Below are positions 42,248 through 50,491 of a stretch of DNA of 61,615 bases, in pieces. The stretch covers positions 1 to 61,615 of the forward strand of contig CBFGJV010000015.1 in NCBI GenBank assembly GCA_965649205.1. The letters run 5' to 3'. Under the pieces are notes generated by a model. The model had not been told where the DNA came from. It made no database searches and saw only the letters and a list, made by a program, of their open reading frames with translations. A program made the translations under genes and the position numbers. This DNA comes from a candidate division WOR-3 bacterium (GTDB lineage: Bacteria > Hydrothermota > Tepidihabitantia > Tepidihabitantales > Tepidihabitantaceae). Within the stretch, counting starts at the first letter, position 1. Each line of letters opens with the position of its first letter.

Positions 42248-43042
42248 TTGCTTGCGCCGCCTTTTAGCCAGTTTGCCCGCCATTATGACAAGTTCATGTC
42301 GTATTATGTGGACTATCCTGGCTGGGTCGACTATCTGGAACGTATCTTCAAGAAGTTTAGGGTTCAACCCCGACACATTCTGGATTTGGCCTGCGGAACC
42401 GGCATTCCCACCGTGCTTCTTGCCCGACGCGGGTACCGACTGACCGGCGTGGATCGGTCGGCAGAGATGCTGGCGGTTCTGGAAAGCAAAAAGGGCGACC
42501 TGCCCATTGAGACAATACAGGCGGATATGACCGATTTCACCTTGCCGGAGCCGGTAGATGCGGCTATCAGCCTTTATGACAGTATGAACTATCTGCTTAC
42601 TGAGGCAGATTTGACGAAGTGTTTTCTTTGCGTGCGAAGGGCCCTGACTCCAGAAGGAATTTTTGCCTTCGATATGAACACGGTGTACAGCCTTTCCCGG
42701 TTCTGGGGCAATCGCACTTCGTCCCGCAATGTGGGAGGCATAGCTTCCCTGTGGCAGAACACCTTTGACTGGAAGACGATGATTTCCACTCTGCATCTGA
42801 CGTTCTGGGAAGAAGCGCAGGCAGCGAATGGCGGGCAGCGAGAGGAAAAGGCCCCGGCTATTGGGTCCGAGCCGGTGCGTTATGAAGAAGTGCACCGGGA
42901 AAGGGCCTATACTATAAGACAGGTGCGCAGATGTCTGGAGCGCGCCGGCTTCCCCCGGGTCTGTTTTTTTGCGCACGGCACTTTTCTCCCGGTCAATGTT
43001 CTAACGGTGAGAATGATGGTTGTGGCCCAGCCCGCCAAATAA
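42248..43042 (+). CDS. Class I SAM-dependent methyltransferase
   Basis: ILDLACGTG, GVDRS.EML, DSMNYL, G.F.FD. Confidence 0.9.
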   Translation: MLAPPFSQFARHYDKFMSYYVDYPGWVDYLERIFKKFRVQPRHILDLACGTGIPTVLLARRGYRLTGVDRSAEMLAVLESKKGDLPIETIQADMTDFTLPEPVDAAISLYDSMNYLLTEADLTKCFLCVRRALTPEGIFAFDMNTVYSLSRFWGNRTSSRNVGGIASLWQNTFDWKTMISTLHLTFWEEAQAANGGQREEKAPAIGSEPVRYEEVHRERAYTIRQVRRCLERAGFPRVCFFAHGTFLPVNVLTVRMMVVAQPAK

Positions 43043-43102
43043 AAGCACCCTGCCCGAATCTTTGACTTGATAACCGGTAAGGGCTAAAATCACAGAAGAA
43101 AA

Positions 43103-44365
43103 ATGAAGTTCATTGCCGACCTGCACATTCATTCCCGCTTTTCGCGGGCCACCAGCAAAGATATGGATATACCAGCCATAGCCAAAGCGGCAAAGAAGAA
43201 GGGTATCAAGCTTGTCGCCACGGGCGACTTCACCCATCCGCAATATATGCAGTCCTTGCATAAGCACTTAGAGCCGGCTGCGGATGGACTTTACAGCTAC
43301 GAAGATACCTTCTTTATTCTCAATGTGGAGGTAAACAACATATACTCGGCTCATGGCCGGATGCGCCGCATTCACAATCTCATTTTCGTTCCCAGTCTGG
43401 AGACCGCAGAGAAGGTAAGCCAAATACTCAGCCGCTACGGCCGACTGGAAGCAGACGGCCGGCCTACCCTTTCTCTTTCCAGCCTGGAAATGCTGCAGCG
43501 AATTCTGGAAATTGACGAACAGTCGTTTGTGGTTCCCAGTCACATCTGGACCCCCTGGTTCTCTCTGTATGGTTCCAATTCCGGATTCGACACAATAGAG
43601 GAGTGTTTTGGCGAATTGAGCAACGAGATATTCGCGGTGGAAACCGGGCTTTCTTCCGACCCGCCGATGAACTGGCTCTTATCCAGTCTGGATTCCCGCA
43701 CCCTCATTTCCAATTCCGACGCCCATTCGCCCACGCGGCTAGGACGCGAAGCGAACGTGTTTGACTGCGAGCTTTCCTATTCGACAATCAGAGAAGTGTT
43801 GCGCCGCAAAGACAAAAACCGTCTCCTCTACACGATAGAGTTTTTCCCCGAAGAAGGCAAATACCACTACGACGGCCACCGCACCTGTAACGTATCCCTT
43901 TCGCCTGCCGAGTCGCGGGCAAACAACGACCTGTGTCCGGTCTGCGGCCGGAAGCTAACTGTAGGCGTACTGCATCGGGTAATGGAACTTGCGGACCGCA
44001 AACCGGAAGAGGTGCCTTTGGATGTCATACCTTACAAGCATTTGGTACCGCTGGAGGAAATAATAGCCGAGGCGACCGGTCACGGCCGGGACACTGGCGC
44101 GGTGCAGCAGCTGTATGATGAGATGCTGAAAAATCTTGGCTCTGAGTTTGAGATACTAATGGAAGTCCCCGTCTCCGAGATAGAAAAATATGCCGGGGAA
44201 AGGGTGGCTCTGGGGGTGGAGCGCATGCGCCGGGGAGAAGTTGAGGCCCAGCCGGGCTACGACGGCGTATTCGGCGTAATCAGGGTTCTGCCCGATTCTG
44301 CGCGCAGCGAGGCATCAGAGTTCAAACCTTCCGCAGACGCAGACGGCCAGCTCAGTTTGTTCTAA
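43103..44365 (+). CDS. PHP-domain endonuclease Q-like protein
   Basis: ADLHIHSRFSRATS, TGDFTHP, HIWTPWFS, SNSDAHS, GKYHYDGHR.C...CPVCG, PGYDGVFG. Confidence 0.85.
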   Translation: MKFIADLHIHSRFSRATSKDMDIPAIAKAAKKKGIKLVATGDFTHPQYMQSLHKHLEPAADGLYSYEDTFFILNVEVNNIYSAHGRMRRIHNLIFVPSLETAEKVSQILSRYGRLEADGRPTLSLSSLEMLQRILEIDEQSFVVPSHIWTPWFSLYGSNSGFDTIEECFGELSNEIFAVETGLSSDPPMNWLLSSLDSRTLISNSDAHSPTRLGREANVFDCELSYSTIREVLRRKDKNRLLYTIEFFPEEGKYHYDGHRTCNVSLSPAESRANNDLCPVCGRKLTVGVLHRVMELADRKPEEVPLDVIPYKHLVPLEEIIAEATGHGRDTGAVQQLYDEMLKNLGSEFEILMEVPVSEIEKYAGERVALGVERMRRGEVEAQPGYDGVFGVIRVLPDSARSEASEFKPSADADGQLSLF

Positions 44366-44372
44366 CAGCACC

Positions 44373-44873
44373 ATGCGAAGACTGTGGGCGCCATGGCGTA
44401 TGGTTTATGTAGCCAGTGCCAGCACACCCGAAAAAGGATGCCTTTTCTGTCGTCTGGGCCGTACCAGAGAGCAGGCCGAGAACCTGGTGCTGGAACGAAC
44501 AGAGCTGGGACTGGTGGTAATGAACCGGTATCCCTATAACAGCGGACACCTGATGGTAGCTCCGCTCCGACATGTAGCCAGTCCGGAGAAACTGACCGAT
44601 GAGGAAGGTCAGGAACTGATGCATCTGGTGCAACGCTCCTTGCGCGTTCTGCGTCAGGAGTATAAACCAGACGGCTTCAACCTGGGAGCAAATCTGGGAC
44701 GTGCAGCCGGAGCCGGAATAGCCAGACATATGCATATTCACATCGTGCCGCGCTGGAACGGCGATACCAACTTCATGCCCCTCTTGGGAGAGACAAAGGT
44801 AATCAGCGAATACCTGACAGAGAGCTACAGACGGCTGGTGCGCCGTTTCCATTCCCGGAGCGGAAAGGAGTAA
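44373..44873 (+). CDS. HIT family hydrolase
   Basis: LWAPWR, C..C, YPYNSGH, HMHIHIVPR. Confidence 0.92.
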   Translation: MRRLWAPWRMVYVASASTPEKGCLFCRLGRTREQAENLVLERTELGLVVMNRYPYNSGHLMVAPLRHVASPEKLTDEEGQELMHLVQRSLRVLRQEYKPDGFNLGANLGRAAGAGIARHMHIHIVPRWNGDTNFMPLLGETKVISEYLTESYRRLVRRFHSRSGKE

Positions 44874-44879
44874 GCAGAA

Positions 44880-45584
44880 ATGGTAAAAGCCGTGGTTTTT
44901 GACATGGACAATACGCTGGTGGACTTTATGAAGATGAAACGGGCGGCAGTGGATGCCGCAGTGGATGCAATGATAGACGCCGGTCTGGACCTTACTCCCA
45001 AACAAGCCAGCCGCAAGATATTTGCCATTTACGACGAGAAGGGCATTGAGTTCCAGCAGGTGTTTGATGAGTTTCTGGTGGATATTCTGGGTTATGTGGA
45101 TTACAGGATTCTGGCGAACGGGATTCTGGCTTACCGGCGGGCACGCGAGGGAGTTATGGTCGCTTACCCGCACGTGCGCATGACGCTTACCCGGCTAGTA
45201 CGTATGGGGCTGAAGCTGGGGGTAGTTTCTGATGCACCCCGGCTGCAGGCCTGGATGCGTCTCTGTTCTCTGGGCATAGACAATTTCTTTGAGGCGGTTG
45301 TGACCTTCGACGATACGGGCAAGCGCAAACCTGCTCCGGAACCGTTCCAGAAGGTGCTGGAACTGCTGGGGGTGGAACCTACAGAAGCGGTTATGGTAGG
45401 CGACTGGGCCGAAAGAGACATTCTGGGAGCAAAAGAAATTGGTATGTACACGGTGTTTGCCCGCTATGGAGACTCCTTCGGCACCAAACATTCCGGTGCA
45501 GACAAGGATATCTGTGATATTCTGGAGCTGATACCATTCATCGAAAAACTCAACTCCGGCCGGCGCACCAGACGTCGGCGATGA
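44880..45584 (+). CDS. HAD-superfamily hydrolase (subfamily IA)
   Basis: FDMDNTL, KP, VGD..ERDI. Confidence 0.9.
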   Translation: MVKAVVFDMDNTLVDFMKMKRAAVDAAVDAMIDAGLDLTPKQASRKIFAIYDEKGIEFQQVFDEFLVDILGYVDYRILANGILAYRRAREGVMVAYPHVRMTLTRLVRMGLKLGVVSDAPRLQAWMRLCSLGIDNFFEAVVTFDDTGKRKPAPEPFQKVLELLGVEPTEAVMVGDWAERDILGAKEIGMYTVFARYGDSFGTKHSGADKDICDILELIPFIEKLNSGRRTRRRR

Positions 45585-45609
45585 CCTTTTTTCTTCCCTG
45601 GTTCTGCTG

Positions 45610-45981
45610 ATGGCTGTTTTCGGCGTCGGTATAGACTTAGTGAAGGTCGCCCGAATTGAGCAAGCCCTTCTCCGTTACGGAGACAGATTTCGCAACCGCA
45701 TTTTCACCCCGGCGGAAATCAGCTTCTGTGAAAGCGTAGCTCAGGGCTGTCTCTCCTACGCAGGCCGTTTTGCCGCCAAGGAGGCGTTTTCCAAGGCGCT
45801 CGGCACTGGTTTGCGCGGTCTTATCGGCTGGAAGGAAATAGAAATACGGGACAACGAACGTTCCCGGCCCGGCATCGTGGCCACCGGCCGGGCCGCACAA
45901 CTTCTTGCTGGTCGCCGGGTGCATCTGAGCATTACCCACCTGCCCGAATACGCGGCCGCAATTGTCATCATAGAAGACTGA
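45610..45981 (+). CDS. acpS: Holo-[acyl-carrier-protein] synthase
   Basis: GVGIDLV, AGRFAAKEAFSKALGTG, HLSITH. Confidence 0.93.
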   Translation: MAVFGVGIDLVKVARIEQALLRYGDRFRNRIFTPAEISFCESVAQGCLSYAGRFAAKEAFSKALGTGLRGLIGWKEIEIRDNERSRPGIVATGRAAQLLAGRRVHLSITHLPEYAAAIVIIED

Positions 45982-46049
45982 TAACCTGTAACCCTGTAAC
46001 TTGGTAAGCCGTTGACAATCGGTTTTGCGGTCATATGCTTCAGCCTGGC

Positions 46050-48305
46050 ATGAGTAGAAAAAAGGAGCTGTTGATTGTAGAATCGCCCACCAAGGCGCAC
46101 ACCATCTATCGTCTTCTCGGACAACGAATGAAGGTGATGCACACCTTGGGGCATATTTCCGATCTACCTAAGTCCAGGCTCGGCGTGGACATAGAAAACG
46201 GTTTTGAGCCGCACTACATCAGAATCAGGGGCAAAGCAAAGCTGATCAATGAACTCAAGAAGGCAGCAAAAGAAGCGTCCGTGGTCTATCTAGGCTGTGA
46301 CCCAGACAGAGAAGGCGAAGCCATAGCCTACTCGGTAGCAAAGGAAATCCGTGCAGATGGCAGGAAAGAAAGTTCTCAGACAAACGGGCCGATAGTGAAG
46401 CGAGTACTGCTTTATGAAATTACCCGGCAGGGACTGGAAAAGGCTTTCCAGGAACCCGGCGAGATTGACCTGAACAAGGTTTACGCTCACCGGGGCCGGC
46501 GGGTGCTGGACCGGCTGGTCGGGTATCTGGTTTCACCCGTGCTCTGGAAAATTGTAAAAGTGGGGCTTTCTGCCGGACGCGTGCAGACGGTAGCGTTGCG
46601 GATGATAGTGGAGCGGGAAAGAGAAATACAAGCTTTCAAACCGGAAGAGTACTGGGTCATCAAAGCACGCTTTGCCGCTAACACCAGAGATTTCGTGGCA
46701 CAACTGGTACGCATAGCCGGTAAGCCGGCCAAGCTGACGAGCAAAACGCATGTAGAGGAGCTGGAAAAGGCGTGTGCCGGAGTTGATTTCCGGGTAACGT
46801 CAGTAGTCACCCGTACCAAGACCCGTTCCCCTCTACCACCGTTTACTACGGCTACTCTGCAGCAGGATGCGGCTCAGAAGCTGGGCTTGCCCGCCCGCCG
46901 AACAATGCAGCTAGCGCAGCAGCTCTTTGAAGGTATCGAGCTGGATAAAGGCGAAACCACCGGCCTCATTACCTATCCCCGGACCGATTCCGTACGTACT
47001 GCGGATGAATTCCTGCAACAGACGCGTGAGTACATCCGCCAAACAATGGAACCACGGTATTTACCGGAAAAGCCCCGCCTCTACCGGGACCGCAAAGAAG
47101 CTCAGGGTGCACATGAGGCTATCCGACCTACCCTTCTGTCCCGCACGCCGGAAATGGTGAAGCCGTTTCTAACCAGAGATCAATTCCGACTGTACGACCT
47201 CATCTACCGGCGCTTCCTTGCCAGTCAGCTGGCCGATGCCGAGTACTCGTTGACAGAACTAACAGTCTCGGGCGGACCTTATGAGTTCTGGGCAGAAGCG
47301 GTCAAATGTATCTTTCCCGGCTTTGAGCAGGTGTACGGCGAACGCAACAAAGAGACCAACTTGCCCCAACTCGCTCCCGGCACGGCAGTTACTCTGCGCG
47401 AATTCTTGCCCGAGCAGAAATTCACGCAGCCACCTCCGCGCTTCACCGAGGCCACGCTTATCAGAAAATTGGAATCCAACGGCATCGGCCGTCCTTCCAC
47501 GTATGCAACCATAGTGTCCACACTTTTTGACCGTAAGTATGTGGAGCGCCGGGAGCGTCGACTCTTTCCTACCGAGCTGGGTATGGTAGTTAATGACGTG
47601 CTGATTCCCCGGTTTGCCAACGTATTTGAGGTCGGTTTCACGCGCGAGATGGAAAAGGAACTGGACCTCGTAGAAGAAGGTAAGGAACAATGGCAAACAG
47701 TTGTGGAGCATTTCTATCGCCCCCTGAAGGAAGACTTGGACAAGATTCAGGAAGACCTTGGCGGTATCCGCCAGGGACTGCAGAAGGAACTGGAAGAAAA
47801 GTGTCCCCTCTGTGGCAAGCCCCTGGCCGAGCGGTGGGGTCGTTATGGCAAATTCGTAGTCTGTTCTGATTACCCGCAGTGCCGCTTTATCAAAAAAGAA
47901 ACGCCCCTACTGCTGGAAGAAAATTGTCCTGTGTGTGGTAAGCCGCTGGTGCAGCGCACCAGTCGTTTTGGCAAGTTTGTGGCCTGCTCCGGTTACCCGG
48001 AGTGCAAGTATGTAAAGAAAGAACCACAGGTAGAGTTGAAAGCCGGAGACGCCTGCCCGCAATGTGGCAAATCGCTGGTAGAAAAGCGGGGGCGGCTGGG
48101 TATGTTTTTAGCTTGCTCCGGGTACCCGGAATGCAAGTTTGCTGTCAGACCTCCGCGGCAGGAACCCAAACAGCTCGCCGAGCAATGTCCGCAATGCGGT
48201 AAGCCGCTGCTCGAACGCCAGGGCAGATACGGAGCCTTTGTGGCCTGTTCCGGTTACCCTCAGTGTAAATATATAAGAAAAGAAGCAAAGCGGGAGAAGG
48301 TATGA
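46050..48305 (+). CDS. topA: DNA topoisomerase I with four C-terminal C4 zinc ribbons
   Basis: IVESPTKA, DPDREGE, SAGRVQ, ITYPRTDS, AHEAIRP, GIGRPSTY; promoter TTGACA-N16-TATGCT places the start at ATG 46050. Confidence 0.96.
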   Translation: MSRKKELLIVESPTKAHTIYRLLGQRMKVMHTLGHISDLPKSRLGVDIENGFEPHYIRIRGKAKLINELKKAAKEASVVYLGCDPDREGEAIAYSVAKEIRADGRKESSQTNGPIVKRVLLYEITRQGLEKAFQEPGEIDLNKVYAHRGRRVLDRLVGYLVSPVLWKIVKVGLSAGRVQTVALRMIVEREREIQAFKPEEYWVIKARFAANTRDFVAQLVRIAGKPAKLTSKTHVEELEKACAGVDFRVTSVVTRTKTRSPLPPFTTATLQQDAAQKLGLPARRTMQLAQQLFEGIELDKGETTGLITYPRTDSVRTADEFLQQTREYIRQTMEPRYLPEKPRLYRDRKEAQGAHEAIRPTLLSRTPEMVKPFLTRDQFRLYDLIYRRFLASQLADAEYSLTELTVSGGPYEFWAEAVKCIFPGFEQVYGERNKETNLPQLAPGTAVTLREFLPEQKFTQPPPRFTEATLIRKLESNGIGRPSTYATIVSTLFDRKYVERRERRLFPTELGMVVNDVLIPRFANVFEVGFTREMEKELDLVEEGKEQWQTVVEHFYRPLKEDLDKIQEDLGGIRQGLQKELEEKCPLCGKPLAERWGRYGKFVVCSDYPQCRFIKKETPLLLEENCPVCGKPLVQRTSRFGKFVACSGYPECKYVKKEPQVELKAGDACPQCGKSLVEKRGRLGMFLACSGYPECKFAVRPPRQEPKQLAEQCPQCGKPLLERQGRYGAFVACSGYPQCKYIRKEAKREKV

Positions 48306-48730
48306 CTGCGGCAAAAAATGGTAGCTACTGGCAGCTGCGACTGGAGCGAGGAGAGGATATTCCCTCAGCCCTTGCCAGCTTCGTGGCAAAACACGGCATC
48401 AAGTCGGGCGTGCTCATCGGTTTGGGCGCAGCAGAGACGATAGTGCTGGGGTATTTCCATCTGCAAAGCAGGAAATACCGCCAACGCACCTTTGCGGGCG
48501 ATTATGAAATAGCGAGTATAGTTGGTAATGTCGCCTGGGATGGCAAGGTCCCCGTTTGCCACCTGCATGCAGTCATTTCCGGTCCGCAGATGAACGCATA
48601 CGCCGGACACCTGTTTTCTGCCCGGGTTGCAGCAACCTGTGAGGTCAGCCTTTTCCCGGGTCGTCGTAAGCTCCAACGCAGAATTGACAGCCTAACTGGC
48701 CTTAAGCTGCTTCAATTAGCGCGGACTTAG
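48302..48730 (+). CDS. DUF296 / PPC domain protein
   Basis: RL..GED, G.G, EI.S..G, HLH, AGHL. Confidence 0.85.
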   Translation: MTAAKNGSYWQLRLERGEDIPSALASFVAKHGIKSGVLIGLGAAETIVLGYFHLQSRKYRQRTFAGDYEIASIVGNVAWDGKVPVCHLHAVISGPQMNAYAGHLFSARVAATCEVSLFPGRRKLQRRIDSLTGLKLLQLART

Positions 48731-48743
48731 ACACAGGTAGGCC

Positions 48744-49508
48744 TCAGTACTCTCCCCGATTGAAGAACCAGACCGCCAGGGCAGTAGTAACACACCCGAA
48801 TCCAACCAGAAAAGCCGCGTTCAGCCAGGCAGGGTAAAAGGAAAAACCCAGAACCAGCCGCCGGATCAGGTCCACCCCGTAACTCAGCGGGTTCAGACGG
48901 ACAAGAATATTGAGCCACCAGGGTAGTCCCTGTATCGGGAAGAGAGCTCCGGACAGAAACCACAAGGGCATTATGACAAAGTTCATAATCGTGCCAAATC
49001 CCTGGAACGAAGTCATCCGTGCGGCGATGACTATGCCGATACCGGTCAAAGCAAAGGACAGCAGAGCCAAAACCAGTATCAACGGTAGAATATTGCCTAG
49101 CGGCAGGCGGACGCGCACCAGCGGCGCCAGAAGCATTACGATGCATCCCTGGATGAGTGAAAGGGTGGTGCCGGCCAGACCTTTGCCGATGGTGATGGAG
49201 GTACGCGGCACCGGTGCTACAAGAATTTCCTTCAGAAAGCCAAATTCTCTGTCCCAGATAATAGAGATAGCCGATTGGATTGAGGTGAAGATGGCGGTCA
49301 TGGCTAGAATGCCTGGAAATATGAACTGGGTATAAGTTATGTTTTCAGCCAGTCCGGCCCGGCCGGCGAAGGAGCCGCGCAGACCATTTCCCAGAATAAA
49401 AAGCCAGAGGACAGGACGGACCAAAGACCCGTAGAGCTGACTGCGTTCGCGAAAATAGCGGATTATGTCCCGTTGCCACACCATAAGTATGCAGGCGAAG
49501 TCTATCAT
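48744..49508 (-). CDS. ABC-2 type transporter permease
   Basis: DREFGFLKEILVAP, FLSGALFP, NPLSYGVD. Confidence 0.9.
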   Translation of the reverse strand: MIDFACILMVWQRDIIRYFRERSQLYGSLVRPVLWLFILGNGLRGSFAGRAGLAENITYTQFIFPGILAMTAIFTSIQSAISIIWDREFGFLKEILVAPVPRTSITIGKGLAGTTLSLIQGCIVMLLAPLVRVRLPLGNILPLILVLALLSFALTGIGIVIAARMTSFQGFGTIMNFVIMPLWFLSGALFPIQGLPWWLNILVRLNPLSYGVDLIRRLVLGFSFYPAWLNAAFLVGFGCVTTALAVWFFNRGEY

Positions 49509-50491
49509 CTTGCCGCGCGGCCCATGCGTTGAATTGTGCTTCTAAGTCGGTCACGACTGGATGCTTCCTCGTCCCGAATTTCCCGGCCGGTAAGTTTCAG
49601 GAATACGTCTTCCAGGGTAGGGGGGCGCAGGGTTACGGAGCGTACCGGTACCGATAGTTCCCGCACCAACCTGGGGACAAATTCGTCTCCTGCCGGAACA
49701 GAAAAAGTCAGCTCTCCATCCGCCATTGTGGGAGAGATGCCGTAGCGTAACTTTATCTCTTCGGCGGCTTTGGAGTTGTCGGCCGTTGTCAGTTTTATGC
49801 AATCGCCTTGGACCTGAGCCTTGAGGCCCGCCGGGGTATCCAGGGCGATAATACGACCGTGGTCTATGATAGCTATGCGGTGGCACTTCTCCGCCTCATC
49901 CATGTAGTGAGTGGTAAGGAAAAGGGTCATGTTTTGCTGGCGTCGGAGTTCAAGCAGACGTTCCCAGATGCGCGAACGGGTTTGGGGATCAAGCCCCAAA
50001 GTCGGCTCGTCCAGAAAGAAGACCTTGGGAGAGTGTAATAGTCCGCGAGCGATTTCCAGCCGGCGCTTCATACCGCCCGAAAAATTGCGCACCAGGTCGT
50101 GGCTACGCTCCGAAAGACCCATCCAGCTCAAAGCTTCTGTGATGCGTCGTTTGATTTCGTTTCGGGGAACCTTGTACACCATGGCGTGAAAACGTAGATT
50201 TTCGGTGGCAGTGAGTCGGTCGTCGAGCGAGGGGTCCTGGAAAATTATGCCGATGGAACGGCGAACCGCAGAAGATTGTGTGCAGACGTCATACCCGGCC
50301 ACTCTGGCTGAGCCCGATGTCGGTCTGGTAAGCGTGCACAACATCCTGACCGTTGTAGTCTTACCAGCCCCATTCGGTCCCAAGAAACCAAATATTTCTC
50401 CCGTCCCCACCTTAAAAGAGACCCGATCAACGGCAAGAACAGTCTTGAACTGCTTGGACAGTTCGCAGACTTCTATGGCAGCTGCGGTCAC
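49505..50491 (-). CDS. ABC transporter ATP-binding protein (DrrA-like)
   Basis: GPNGAGKTT, FSGGM, LDEPT, TTHYMDEA. Confidence 0.93.
   Translation of the reverse strand: MTAAAIEVCELSKQFKTVLAVDRVSFKVGTGEIFGFLGPNGAGKTTTVRMLCTLTRPTSGSARVAGYDVCTQSSAVRRSIGIIFQDPSLDDRLTATENLRFHAMVYKVPRNEIKRRITEALSWMGLSERSHDLVRNFSGGMKRRLEIARGLLHSPKVFFLDEPTLGLDPQTRSRIWERLLELRRQQNMTLFLTTHYMDEAEKCHRIAIIDHGRIIALDTPAGLKAQVQGDCIKLTTADNSKAAEEIKLRYGISPTMADGELTFSVPAGDEFVPRLVRELSVPVRSVTLRPPTLEDVFLKLTGREIRDEEASSRDRLRSTIQRMGRAAR

Noticed and set aside
47800..48280. Fourfold repeat at the 3' end of topA
   Set aside because: Ordinary topoisomerase I C4 zinc-ribbon repeats
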